61,124 nt of DNA, from the NCBI GenBank assembly GCA_038523235.1, contig JBCBJQ010000026.1, forward strand, positions 1-61,124, given 5' to 3'. The notes below the pieces were generated by a model, which was not told where the DNA came from, made no database searches, and saw only the letters and a program-made list of their open reading frames with translations. Source of the stretch: Cyanobacteria bacterium J06626_4 (GTDB lineage: Bacteria > Cyanobacteriota > Cyanobacteriia > Phormidesmidales > Phormidesmidaceae). How positions within the stretch are numbered: the stretch's first letter is position 1; every line of letters starts with the position of its first letter. The position numbers were made by a program, and so were the translations under genes. Shown in pieces: positions 1 through 9,871 of this stretch.

Positions 1-456
1 TTCGGCTATAAAGACCACATCAGCATTGATGGTGGCTTCGGTTTTATTCGCTGTTATGTCGTCACTGATGCCTCGGTTCATGATTCACAAGTGCTGGCAG
101 AGTTGCCCGATATTGACAACCCGGATGAGCGCATTTGGGCCGACAGTGCCTATCGCTCTGACGCTCGTCTAGAAGTGCTGGAGTGGATGGGCTTTGACCC
201 GCTGTTCAATGAGCGGGCCTATCGCAATTCGCCTCTAAGCGACGAGCAGAAAGCGGCGAACCGAGAACGCTCCGAAACCCGAGCCAAAGTCGAGCATGTC
301 TTCGGCAGTTGGGTCAGTCACAGTGGGGACAAACTGCTGCGCACGATTGGCATCGTGAGAGCAAAGACCAATCTAGGCTTGCAGAACCTGGTGTATAACT
401 TCAAGCGTTTGGTCTTTCTCAAATCGCAGCCAACAAGTGCTGACATCGCAGGATAA
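1..456 (+). CDS. IS5-family transposase, C-terminal part (5' end outside the window)
   Basis: Frame is open from base 1 (FGYKDHISID...VTDASVHDSQV) into ORF 91..456, with ADSAY and RAKVEHVFG DDE motifs typical of IS5 transposases. Confidence 0.85.
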   Translation, partial: FGYKDHISIDGGFGFIRCYVVTDASVHDSQVLAELPDIDNPDERIWADSAYRSDARLEVLEWMGFDPLFNERAYRNSPLSDEQKAANRERSETRAKVEHVFGSWVSHSGDKLLRTIGIVRAKTNLGLQNLVYNFKRLVFLKSQPTSADIAG

Positions 457-604
457 CTGTCTCTATCGAGAGGAATTAGGGGAGACAATTGAGTTGATTG
501 CCCCAGAGTAAGGACTTTGGTACGGGAGTCTTACGGTGTTGAGCAACATCGGCGATCTCAGATGAGTCTCACTGATGATGAAAAAAACAATTAATCGAGG
601 TCCC
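1..604 (+). mobile_element. IS5-family element, right part
   Basis: Transposase followed by TTAATCGAGGTCCC (about 591-604), which resembles cyanobacterial IS5 termini; the exact end is inferred. Confidence 0.55.
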
Positions 605-620
605 CTCCGGTGGAACTAGG

Positions 621-792
621 GTTAATTTTGTAGGCCGCCGCTCTGCCAGTGTTAACCAGTTGTTCCAGTTCATGGCGTTCTGCGCCACTCAGAGAGACGA
701 TGTACTTCTTCGCAGGCATTGGACTAGGGGATGACTGAACCGCTCTAGTATCCTGTTATTTACCCCTCAAATCAAGCCTGACAAAGCACTAG
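621..792 (-). pseudogene. IS630-family remnant: left end plus the first ~33 codons of the transposase
   Basis: Minus strand from ATG 719 reads MPAKKYIVSLSGAERHELEQLVNTGRAAAYKIN and then breaks off; upstream CTAGTGCTTTGTCAGGCTTGATTTGAGGGG resembles an IS630 end. Not in the ORF track. Confidence 0.7.
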
Positions 793-1012
793 GTAGAATC
801 GGTCTCCCTCAACATACAAGATAGAAAGGTATAGGATTCAACGTGCAGGGAAGGGCCTTGCCGCCAGCGATCCGGTGATTAAACGTGTCCAAACCTGACT
901 GCGGCTCGCTATGGCAAGTGAGAGCACAAGTGGTTTTCGGCTGTCGGGATCGTCTAGGGTCGGACTGATAATTAAGGGATTGGCATGGCAATAGAGGCTC
1001 GAGATGTAGGCT

Positions 1013-2256
1013 CAGTAGATCACAAGGCTTACGAGAAAGGGGGTAGGTTCAAAGCAGAGTTAGAAAATTGCGATGTCTCTACCCCTACCCTCATTATCAT
1101 CAGAACCGGCACTCACCGATGAGCAAACCTTGACTGCGGCAGTGAATTGCTTGAGTGAACACCTTCAGATAGAAACGCACGGCACGGTCAGCGACACCAC
1201 CCTGTTGGCGGTGCTGATTTGGGCGGCGAGCCGCTGTGACAGCCTGGAACACACCACGCAGATGCTCGACGGTGTGCCCAGTGGCAATGGGATTCGCTAT
1301 CACCTTCACAAGTTGGCAGACATGGCGAGCCTGGAAGTGCAGCTCAATCAAGCGTTACAGGCGAAGCTTCCGAGCCAGGTTATCAACCACCGTCAGCGGT
1401 TGGCCATCGACTTACACCTAATTCCCTATTACGCTAAGGCCAGCACTTTTAAGGGGCGTTATCTCTACCGTTCCGCTGCCAAGTTAGGCACCACCCGATT
1501 CTTTGCCTATGCCACGGTGTATGTGGTTCGAGCACAGCAGCGGGTGAGCCTCGCAGTCCATGCTGTGCCAATGGGCGAAACCCTGGTGGCCACTCTCACT
1601 TACTTGCTCTCAGCGATTGACCCCTTACAGGTGAAAGTCAAGCGGCTCTATCTGGTCTATCTGGCTCGGGGCTTTTTCAGCGTGCCAGTGATTCGCTGGC
1701 TGAAGGCTTTGAACATTCCCTTTCTGATGCCTGCCGTCGTTCGGGGCAAAACTGGCGGCACCCGGGCGTTATGTCAGGGGCGCAAGAGCTACGAGACGAC
1801 CTACCCCCTCAACAGTCAACTTTATGGCACCGTGGATTGTCAGCTGGTAGTGGTCTGCCGCTACCAGAAAGGGCATCGTCAGCAACATGGTGTGCAACAT
1901 CTCCTTTATGTCACCCATCGGCTCAAAGTTGACCCCCACCAGGTGCATCAACATTACCGCGACCGCTTTGGCATTGAAACCAGTTACCACATCAAGAATC
2001 ACTGCCGCATTCGCTCGACCACCAAGCAGCCGGTGCTGCGACTGCTGTTTGGGGCTCTAGCTTTTGTGTTGAGCAATCTCTGGGTGTATCTGCTTTGGGC
2101 TTATATCCGCATCACTCAACAAGGGGGACGGCGTGTCTTGCCGCAATACTTTCGACTAAAAACCCTGCTGGAGTTTTTAACTCACGCCGTTGAGCAACAT
2201 TTTCCCAAGCGCTATCAGGTGATTCTGCCCCTCTTGCCCTAGTTTTCGATCTACTA
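1013..2256 (+). mobile_element. ISH3-family (IS4-like) insertion sequence
   Basis: Terminal inverted repeats CAGTAGATC (1013) and GATCTACTA (2248-2256), flanked by the direct repeat AGGCT at 1008-1012 and 2257-2261. Confidence 0.85.
1073..2242 (+). CDS. ISH3-family transposase, probably inactive
   Basis: LAIDLHLIPYY, GTTRFFAYAT and YRDRFGIETSY motifs; the second catalytic motif reads LYLVYLARGF instead of LYLDRGF. Confidence 0.85.
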   Translation: MSLPLPSLSSEPALTDEQTLTAAVNCLSEHLQIETHGTVSDTTLLAVLIWAASRCDSLEHTTQMLDGVPSGNGIRYHLHKLADMASLEVQLNQALQAKLPSQVINHRQRLAIDLHLIPYYAKASTFKGRYLYRSAAKLGTTRFFAYATVYVVRAQQRVSLAVHAVPMGETLVATLTYLLSAIDPLQVKVKRLYLVYLARGFFSVPVIRWLKALNIPFLMPAVVRGKTGGTRALCQGRKSYETTYPLNSQLYGTVDCQLVVVCRYQKGHRQQHGVQHLLYVTHRLKVDPHQVHQHYRDRFGIETSYHIKNHCRIRSTTKQPVLRLLFGALAFVLSNLWVYLLWAYIRITQQGGRRVLPQYFRLKTLLEFLTHAVEQHFPKRYQVILPLLP

Positions 2257-2293
2257 AGGCTGGTCAGCCTGACCTCGCCTCCAGTTGGGAGTG

Positions 2294-5200
2294 CTACCAA
2301 GGACTACCCACCAGTGTAAATGCGGCCCAGTAATAGGGATGGCGAGTATCGCCAAAACGCAGATTGACTAAGTCTTCTGGCAGAGGCTGACTGCCCCCGT
2401 TCCACTGCAGAATGCCATCGGTGACCGTGACTTCACCCCGCAGCATGGCAAGTTGGGCTTGCCGCAGCGCTTCTGCTTTATAGGGTTGTTGGCTGAGCTG
2501 GGTATAAAACTCAGTCATGAGGCCAGCAGTTTCGAGATCGCTCACCTGCCAAAGCGAGGCGAGGGCAGATTTGACGCCCGCCTGTACGGCTAGCCCGGCA
2601 AAGCCCAGTTCCGCTGAGGTATCCCCCAGTGCAGTGCGGCAGGCGCTCATGACCAGCAAATCTAGGGGGGGATTATTGAGCTGCAGTTCGCGCAGCTGAT
2701 CGAGGCCAAGCCGTTGATCCCAAAATTGAATGTAAGAGTTCTCTGGCCCGCCGGAACGAAATTCGCCGTGAGTCGCGAGGTGCAAGATCTGATATTTCGA
2801 GGCCGATCGCAGCGCGACCAGATTGTTGGGTGTGAACTGTTCATTTAGGTCACGCGTTCCGGTTCTCAGATTTTCAACAATTGTTTCGAGCTCAAAGGGG
2901 ACGGCGGGTAAGGCGGGCTGATCGGTAAACTCAGATGCTCCCATCGCCAGTACTGGAGTCTGGCGTAAATCAGTGTAGCGGGTGTCGGTTAGCGCCAAGC
3001 TGGGCATCAGCCCGACAGTGTAGTTCTCAATAATGAACTGTTCGCCGTCGTGCAGGGCTGCTAGGGGCAGCGATCGCAGGCCGGGGGCCATGATGAACGA
3101 TAGGTGGCCAATGTCCCCTGCTGCCAAGGTGCCTTCTAAGGGTTGAATCAGCCATTGATACAGCGTTTGCGAATACTTTAAGTAGTTGCTTTGGCGACGG
3201 CGAGTGCGATCAGTGAGTTCAATTTGCAACGACCGCACCGAGGCTATTACTTTTTCGCGCGTGGCCTCGGGAATCTCGATCTGCTGGGGTTGACCGGTGG
3301 GCGTGACAACCACGAGCTGAAGAATGTCGGTGGGTTGAGGATTTTGTAGTTGTTTGGCTGACGGCGTGTGGGCGACGGCACTGCCAGCAGGACTAAAGCG
3401 GGCATAGACTAAAGCCGATGATGTGCCGACTTGCTCGGTGAGGGTCTGCAGCGTACCCTGGCTGGACTCAAAGTCGGGATCGGCAAGCACCGGCAGGTCA
3501 AAAAAGCTGACAAAGTCATCGGCATAAAAGGAATCTTCAAAGGCCCATTCATCGAGGGTCAGATCTTCAGCATTTTCATCAAAGCCGCGATCGCGAGAAG
3601 GACTTCGCCGACCCAAATCCTCTTCACCATCCTCAAAGTCATCACCGTCCTCAAATTCTTCGCCATCGCCGAAGTCATCGCCATCGCCGAAATCATCGCC
3701 ATCGCCGAAATCATCGCCGTCTCCTAAAAAGTCATCGCCGTCGCCAAAGTCGCCGCCCTCATCAAAACCCGGATCGTCGCCAAAGTCATCGCCGAAGAAA
3801 TCATCTGGTGGACCGACGTCTTCACAGCCGACAAAGCAATCAAATTCATCGGGATCCGGCGGCATGTTCGGAGCGGGTGGCATGTTTGGATCCGGCGGCA
3901 TGTTCGGATCCGGCGGCGGGGGACTGCCCGTCAGAATATCGATGTTGCCAAAGGTGACTGGGGCGGGATAGCTATCAAAGGGAACGGTATCAATGCCGTT
4001 CGTAATGGTTTCAAACGTGCCGTTGGTGCTGGCATCGCCGACCACAAAGGGCACAGTGCCGTTGCCCCCGTGCTCGATGAAAATAGCTGCACCGCCCAAC
4101 GTCTCGATGCTGGGGGTGCCCTCAACTCTCAGCAAATCAGTCGTGCGGATCGAAATATCACCGCCGACCGCATCAAGACCGGCGATGACGATATCGCCAC
4201 GCAGGCTGGTCAGAGAAATGTCGCCGCCGCCAGAAAATACCGGGATAGCGATATCGATGGCCGGATTACCCGTCGTACTGGCGGCTGCCAGAGCAATATC
4301 GCCGCCAAACGTGTCGAAGAAGCCAGTAATGTTGATCTCGGCTCCTCGCAAGAAAACATCGCCGCTAAAGGTGTTGAAATTGCCATTGATGTTGACTTGG
4401 CCGTTGCCATCGTTGTCGGTATCAGCCTGAAAGTCATAGCTGACGCCACCAGAACTCCCGAGCCCGAAGGGAATGTTAATATTGCCTGCCGCTAACAACT
4501 CCAATGTGGCCCCGGCGGAGACTTCTAACAGGTCAAAATTATCGGCGGTGATGTTGCCTTCGTCACCGCCGCCAGTACCGGTAGAGACGGTAACGGTAAC
4601 GCCAGCACCGGCGCCCAACGCCACTTGCAAATCAAGCCAGCTGACGATAGCGGGGCCACCAGCTTGAGCAATAAATGGATTGCCGCCGGGAAAGGCGGCC
4701 GTGTCAGTCGGTGCGGTGGCACTGATTTGCACATCAAACGGATCGAGCAGCCAAGTGCCTGCCAGACCGCTGGGGGCGCTGATATCAGGTACGCCTTGGG
4801 TATCCAAAAAGCCCTGACTGCTAGTTTCAACCAGGCCGCCGTTGCCACCATTGGCACCGCCGCGGGCACTGAGGCTGCCGTAGCTACGGGTTGTCTCATC
4901 TGACCAGATAATGATGGTGCCGCCATCACCGTTGGCGATCGCATCAGCGACTAGGCTAGAGGTGTCATCAATAAACGTGACCGCCGCTGTGGGCAAGGGG
5001 CCTTGACCGGTATAGTCGCCGCCTACTCGCAGGGTGCCGCCCCCGTTGTCTCCCGAGGCATCGAGCGTGCCGCCGAGTAAACCGAGGGTGTTGCCGAGTA
5101 GCGCGATGTTGCCGCCGCGATCGCGGCTGGTGGCATCGAGCCTGCCGCTGATGATCGTTGTTCCCGGATCGTTAGGAAGAGCAACGTCGGACGTGTCGAG

Positions 5201-6124
5201 GGTAATTGTGCCATCAGGATTAACCGTGACGCCTGTGGCCTGAGCAATCGCGTTGCCCGTTAAAAGCTCTGGCAGAGAAGCGGGGTTAAAGACTGTGGTT
5301 GGGAGGTTGGGAATCGCGGCGAGGGTTTCGACTTCGAGATTTAGCAGCAGGCCGCTTTGGGCAATGCGCACGAGGCTGCCGCCTTCGACCGCACTAATAA
5401 TGATGTCGCCGCCGGGAGCCGCGATCGTTCCCGTATTGAGCACTTGCCCCCCGATCAGCACTACCGACTCGCCGGGCAAAACGCCCAGGGTGCCGGCATT
5501 CACTATGCTGCCGGGACTCTCTAGACTGAAGCTGAAACTTTGCGGATCACCCACCAGTACGGCATAGTCAGGGGTGCCCACGGTGCCAAACGCGCTGTCG
5601 GCAAAATTGACCTGATCAGCCGTCACGGCCGTAAAGCCGCCCTGCAGATTGAGTACGGAATTGGGGCCAAAAAGAATGCCGTTGGGATTGATCAAAAACA
5701 GATTGGCATTCGAACCGCTCACCTGTAGCAGGCCATCAATCAGTGAAGCATTGCCGCCTGTCACCCGACTCAAAATGTTGAGAATGGTGGGGTCGGTGAT
5801 GAAGGTAGCACTTTCGCCGGTGAGCAGGTTGAATTCGGTAAAACTGTGGAAAAGGTTTTGACTATCCGCAGAGGTTGTGCCGCCGGTGATGGCATGGTCG
5901 CTGCCGGTGGGCGTGACTTGCGTGCCGGTGCCATCGTTGGCTGGAATGATGCCGTCGGCCCAACTGGGAATTGCCGTCAAGCCGATGAGTAGGGTGGCCG
6001 CCGCGATCGCCTGAGACCATAGTTGACCATGCATAAAGCGATTCGATGGCGGGTAATGCAGTGCTAAAGTCACCCCACAGCGGATACGGATTTGCTCCGA
6101 AATTGCCTGAAAACCTCGCTTCAT
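2294..6124 (-). CDS. Filamentous-haemagglutinin N-terminal domain plus C-terminal CHAT (caspase-like) domain protein
   Basis: NLFHSF..FN and NPNGILFG secretion-domain motifs; HLATHG, VMSAC and HPYYWAAFTLVGSPW CHAT motifs; the real start may be ~6031. Confidence 0.9.
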   Translation of the reverse strand: MKRGFQAISEQIRIRCGVTLALHYPPSNRFMHGQLWSQAIAAATLLIGLTAIPSWADGIIPANDGTGTQVTPTGSDHAITGGTTSADSQNLFHSFTEFNLLTGESATFITDPTILNILSRVTGGNASLIDGLLQVSGSNANLFLINPNGILFGPNSVLNLQGGFTAVTADQVNFADSAFGTVGTPDYAVLVGDPQSFSFSLESPGSIVNAGTLGVLPGESVVLIGGQVLNTGTIAAPGGDIIISAVEGGSLVRIAQSGLLLNLEVETLAAIPNLPTTVFNPASLPELLTGNAIAQATGVTVNPDGTITLDTSDVALPNDPGTTIISGRLDATSRDRGGNIALLGNTLGLLGGTLDASGDNGGGTLRVGGDYTGQGPLPTAAVTFIDDTSSLVADAIANGDGGTIIIWSDETTRSYGSLSARGGANGGNGGLVETSSQGFLDTQGVPDISAPSGLAGTWLLDPFDVQISATAPTDTAAFPGGNPFIAQAGGPAIVSWLDLQVALGAGAGVTVTVSTGTGGGDEGNITADNFDLLEVSAGATLELLAAGNINIPFGLGSSGGVSYDFQADTDNDGNGQVNINGNFNTFSGDVFLRGAEINITGFFDTFGGDIALAAASTTGNPAIDIAIPVFSGGGDISLTSLRGDIVIAGLDAVGGDISIRTTDLLRVEGTPSIETLGGAAIFIEHGGNGTVPFVVGDASTNGTFETITNGIDTVPFDSYPAPVTFGNIDILTGSPPPPDPNMPPDPNMPPAPNMPPDPDEFDCFVGCEDVGPPDDFFGDDFGDDPGFDEGGDFGDGDDFLGDGDDFGDGDDFGDGDDFGDGEEFEDGDDFEDGEEDLGRRSPSRDRGFDENAEDLTLDEWAFEDSFYADDFVSFFDLPVLADPDFESSQGTLQTLTEQVGTSSALVYARFSPAGSAVAHTPSAKQLQNPQPTDILQLVVVTPTGQPQQIEIPEATREKVIASVRSLQIELTDRTRRRQSNYLKYSQTLYQWLIQPLEGTLAAGDIGHLSFIMAPGLRSLPLAALHDGEQFIIENYTVGLMPSLALTDTRYTDLRQTPVLAMGASEFTDQPALPAVPFELETIVENLRTGTRDLNEQFTPNNLVALRSASKYQILHLATHGEFRSGGPENSYIQFWDQRLGLDQLRELQLNNPPLDLLVMSACRTALGDTSAELGFAGLAVQAGVKSALASLWQVSDLETAGLMTEFYTQLSQQPYKAEALRQAQLAMLRGEVTVTDGILQWNGGSQPLPEDLVNLRFGDTRHPYYWAAFTLVGSPW
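3620..3805 (-). repeat. Intragenic 18-bp tandem repeats encoding acidic (GDGDDF)n
   Basis: Repeated TCATCGCCATCGCCGAA(A/G) units; protein GDGDDFGDGDDFGDGDDFGDGEEFEDGDDFEDG. Confidence 0.85.
3851..3920 (-). repeat. Intragenic 18-bp repeats encoding PP(D/A)PNM x3
   Basis: GGATCCGGCGGCATGTT-type units; protein PPDPNMPPDPNMPPAPNMPPDP. Confidence 0.85.
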
Positions 6125-6368
6125 CCTGCCTCGTCTCTCAAGTCATGATCAGGGTTCAATAGTCTCGACGCCCAGGGGTGCTGAGACTATTGAACCCATA
6201 CAAATACTTCTATAACTCTGCCTTGAGGATGGCTGAATTGAGCGAGTGATGACCGCCCAGTCGGTAGTTTTGTAGCAATTCTTTGTTGAGAGTAATGCAG
6301 ATTGAGTTGTTCTACGGAGAAATTCTTCCGGTGGTCTACAACACGGCAAGCACGCTGACCAAGGCCTG

Positions 6369-6602
6369 TTACTGTCGCTGTTGCATCACATACTGACCGT
6401 GAATGTTAACCGCATAGGGAACCCCGTAGGTGAGCAAAGCCGAGGCCCAACGTCCTAACGTCATCTTGCCTTGCATGAGGGCGGCACCATGATTAATCAG
6501 AAATAAGATGGTGCCGACGACCAAGGCGACCTGAATCGCCATGGGCCGCAGAGTTGGATCTTTGAGCGCCGCTAGGTAGCCCCAGAGGTTGGGTTTCTTC
6601 AT
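6369..6602 (-). CDS. nrtS: Small nitrate/nitrite transporter, NrtS family
   Basis: 77 aa, two hydrophobic segments, VALVVGTILFLINHG and LTYxVPYxVNIHGQ signatures. Confidence 0.8.
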   Translation of the reverse strand: MKKPNLWGYLAALKDPTLRPMAIQVALVVGTILFLINHGAALMQGKMTLGRWASALLTYGVPYAVNIHGQYVMQQRQ

Positions 6603-6706
6603 GTTTGCGCCTGATCAAAAAGTCCTGCTTACAATTCAATCATGGCCTAGTGGGGCGCTTGGGGCTGCCCTTAATTGCCTGGTGAATAGCGGGCAAAATC
6701 ATCCGT

Positions 6707-8920
6707 TTGGCCTGGCGCCGGGTGAGGCCCGGTGTGACTAGGTCCCTTGCCCAGCCCTGCTATTTCTCATGGCTACCGGCTTGCGGGGAGCGATGGTCTC
6801 TTGCCGTCAGGAGCGTCAATGACATGACCCAGACTCAGCCCATGAATTTTGCTCTGCGCGACCAGATTTTGGTCTGCGGCCTGGGTAGTTTGGGCCAACA
6901 TTGTGTTGCTAACTTAAAAACGTTTGGTGTGCGGGTGAGCGCGATCGAGCTAGTGCCCACTAACCGTTGGGAAATTGAACACCTGCCGGAGCTGATCGAT
7001 CAGCTCGTGATTGGTGATTGTCGCCAGTCAGAGGTGTTGCAACAGGCGGAAATAGATCGCTGTCGAGCGGCCCTGATGGTGACGACGAATGAACGGGTCA
7101 ATCTCGAAGCGGCGCTGAGCGCTCGGGTGCTTAATCCCACCATTCGCCTTGTGGTGCGATCGGAAAAACAAAACCTCAATGACTTGCTAGAGCAGCAGTT
7201 GACCAACTTCATCGCTTTTGAGCCGACACAGCTGGCGGCACCGGCCTTTGCCCTTGAAGCCCTGGGCGAAGAGATGCTCGGCTTTTTTAAGATTGATCAG
7301 CAGCCGTTTCGGGTGGTGAAGCGTACGGTGATGGCAACCGATGCCGTGTGTAACAGTCGCAAGGTGCATGAGCTAAATCATCGTGATCGCCGGGTGTTGC
7401 GCTATCTCGAAGCAGCGGAGACGGCGATCGCCCCTGAAGCCTGGGAAACCCGCGATCATCCTGACAGTGCCTCAGCGCAGTTTTATACCTGGCTACCCAA
7501 TGCCATGATTCAGGCGGGCGATGTCATCGTGACGGTCGAGGCCGAATCCCCCGATGTGTTGATGGCCAAAAGCCTGGCGGACTATGCCGCGCGGCAGCGG
7601 CAGCAAGGCCTTTTGCAGCGCTGGGTCAATGGGCTGAGGCATTGGCGCGGCTGGCGACCCCGCCGGGCGATCGCTGACTTTTGGCGAGCGAGCGCTCAAC
7701 AACAAATTCGTCGAGTGGCGTTGATCTGTGGGCTCACCGTGGTGGGTCTGTGTGGGGTGGGCAGCCTGCTCTTGACGCTGACGGGCACAGCGCCCTCGCT
7801 GGCGGATGCCTTTTATGCCACGGTGGTGTTGCTGCTGGGGGGGTATGGCGATGTTTTTGGCGGTGTGGCCCTGCCGAACCCGATTCCCTGGTGGCTGCGG
7901 CTTTTTAGTTTAGGTTTGACGCTGGCCGGGACGGCGTTCATTGGGGTGCTGTACGCTCTGCTCACCGAAAAGCTCTTGACCCTGAGGTTTGAGTTTTTGG
8001 CGAAACGTCCGCCGGTGCCCGAAAGCGATCACGTGGTGATCATTTGGCTGGGCCGAGTCGGCCGCCAGGTGGTGACCCTGCTACAAGACCTGAAACAGCC
8101 GGTGGTAGGTATTACGAGCCAAACCATTGAACCGGATGTGTTGCCGCAGATGCCCCTGATCACTGGAGCCATTCATGACGCTTTGGATAAGGCCAACCTA
8201 GCAACTGCCAAAAGCGTGGTAGCGGTCAGTGACGACGAGATTCAAAACCTGGAGCTGGGGTTGATGGCCTATCGCTCTAATCCCAGCAGTCGCCTGATTA
8301 TTCGCACCTATGACCAGATCTTTACCAATAAGGTGGCGCAGCTGTTTCCCTATGCGCAGGTGCTGTGTGCCTCGGCTTTGTCTGCTGAAGCCTTTGCGGG
8401 AGCGGCCTTTGGCGAAAACGTTATCGGCCTGTTCCGGCTCTATTATCAAACGGTGTTGGTGACCCAATACCAGATCACCGCTGATGATACGTTACAGGGG
8501 TTGCTGCTGGCAGAGGTGGCCTATGGCTATGGGGTGGTGCCGATTTGGCATCAGCTACCGGGGCAGCGGGGGCGAACGATGCCCGACGATGATGTGCAGC
8601 TGCATGTGGGCGATCGCCTCGTCGTGTTAGCCACGATTCGGGGTTTGCGGCGCATTGAACAGGGTGATCTGGCTCCCAAACAGTGGCAGGTTGAGCTACT
8701 GCAGGCAAATGCTGCTGACGCGATTTTTGAAGGGGGCACCGAAATCGCTCGGGTGACCGGCTGCCAAATTGGCGAAGCCCATGCTCTGATGCATGAGTTG
8801 CCGGTGGTGTTTCCCTACAAGCTGTATCTGCATCAGGCGATTCGTTTGGTCAGACGGCTCAGCCGCTTGCGAGTCAGTGCCCAGCTGCTGCCCATTCAAG
8901 ATCGAGCCGGTCAGCAGTGA
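6707..8920 (+). CDS. Potassium channel family protein with TrkA-N/RCK domains
   Basis: VCGLGSLGQ Rossmann motif, two TM segments around a GGYGD pore, second RCK (IWLGRVGRQV); likely start ATG 6824. Confidence 0.85.
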   Translation: MAWRRVRPGVTRSLAQPCYFSWLPACGERWSLAVRSVNDMTQTQPMNFALRDQILVCGLGSLGQHCVANLKTFGVRVSAIELVPTNRWEIEHLPELIDQLVIGDCRQSEVLQQAEIDRCRAALMVTTNERVNLEAALSARVLNPTIRLVVRSEKQNLNDLLEQQLTNFIAFEPTQLAAPAFALEALGEEMLGFFKIDQQPFRVVKRTVMATDAVCNSRKVHELNHRDRRVLRYLEAAETAIAPEAWETRDHPDSASAQFYTWLPNAMIQAGDVIVTVEAESPDVLMAKSLADYAARQRQQGLLQRWVNGLRHWRGWRPRRAIADFWRASAQQQIRRVALICGLTVVGLCGVGSLLLTLTGTAPSLADAFYATVVLLLGGYGDVFGGVALPNPIPWWLRLFSLGLTLAGTAFIGVLYALLTEKLLTLRFEFLAKRPPVPESDHVVIIWLGRVGRQVVTLLQDLKQPVVGITSQTIEPDVLPQMPLITGAIHDALDKANLATAKSVVAVSDDEIQNLELGLMAYRSNPSSRLIIRTYDQIFTNKVAQLFPYAQVLCASALSAEAFAGAAFGENVIGLFRLYYQTVLVTQYQITADDTLQGLLLAEVAYGYGVVPIWHQLPGQRGRTMPDDDVQLHVGDRLVVLATIRGLRRIEQGDLAPKQWQVELLQANAADAIFEGGTEIARVTGCQIGEAHALMHELPVVFPYKLYLHQAIRLVRRLSRLRVSAQLLPIQDRAGQQ

Positions 8921-9088
8921 GCAGGCCTGATACGCTAATACCCATTCTCGGCAAGGCAAGATGCAGAGATCTGTTCTCAGTGCGGCTTGGCCAGGCACCG
9001 CTAGCGACCTGTGGTTCAGTCGGAGGCGGTTGGGTCATCCTGGGCTCGTTAGTACTCAAAGTGGTTTGACTGTTTACGGTGGTTTGTT

Positions 9089-9688
9089 ATGACAGCCCTC
9101 TGGCCCTATTCCACTCCAGGTATTCCCGATCATTTGTTTGAACAGTTACCGGGCATTCCGATCAGCAAACGTGAGGTGAGGCTGCTCATAGTTGGCGCGT
9201 TACGTCTCACACCAACGACTCAGCTGTGGGATGTCGGTGCCGGCACAGGCACGCTGGCGGTAGAAGCGGCGCTGTTGTGTCCCCAGGGCAGGGTGGTGGC
9301 GGTTGAGCGCGACGCCGATGTCGCTAAGTTGATTCGTCAAAACTGCGATCGCTTTGGTCTGACCAACGTTGAGGTGATTGAAGGGGTGGCCCCTGACTGT
9401 CTGGCAGGGCTCTCGCCTCAGCCTGATTGTGTCATCGTGGAGGGCGGCAAATCGATGAAAGACATTGTCAAAGCTGCTTGGGATTTTTTGCCCTACCAAG
9501 GCCGGATTGTCGTTACCACCGATACGTTGGAAACGCTCTACAGCATTTCAGAAACCTTTGTTGAGCTCTGTGTGCGCCAAGTTGAGATTGTGCAGCCCAC
9601 GATCAATCGACTCGAAACTCGGGGCAATCAGCAGGTCTTCAGGGCCATCAATCCGATTTTTATTCTCAGTGGCGAAAAGCTCGATTGA
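9089..9688 (+). CDS. cbiT: Precorrin-6Y C5,15-methyltransferase (decarboxylating) subunit CbiT
   Basis: WPYSTPGIPD, SKREVR and WDVGAGTGT SAM-binding motif. Confidence 0.9.
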   Translation: MTALWPYSTPGIPDHLFEQLPGIPISKREVRLLIVGALRLTPTTQLWDVGAGTGTLAVEAALLCPQGRVVAVERDADVAKLIRQNCDRFGLTNVEVIEGVAPDCLAGLSPQPDCVIVEGGKSMKDIVKAAWDFLPYQGRIVVTTDTLETLYSISETFVELCVRQVEIVQPTINRLETRGNQQVFRAINPIFILSGEKLD

Positions 9689-9871
9689 GCAGACTAAGGG
9701 ACTACGCAGAGGCTGGACTTGGCTAGTTTATGTCGTCGAGGGTGAGGCTCAGAGCTGCGGCGATCTGGGTCAGTGTCAGCTCCATCTGATAGAGCTGGCT
9801 CACTTCTCGACGGGGGAGCGCTTTGGCGTGGTCGGCAACAATCGCTTGGAGCACTGACTTCGCTGGTCAAC

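Noticed and set aside
3620..3920. CRISPR-like array
   Set aside because: The repeats are in-frame 18-bp coding repeats without unique spacers, and there are no cas genes
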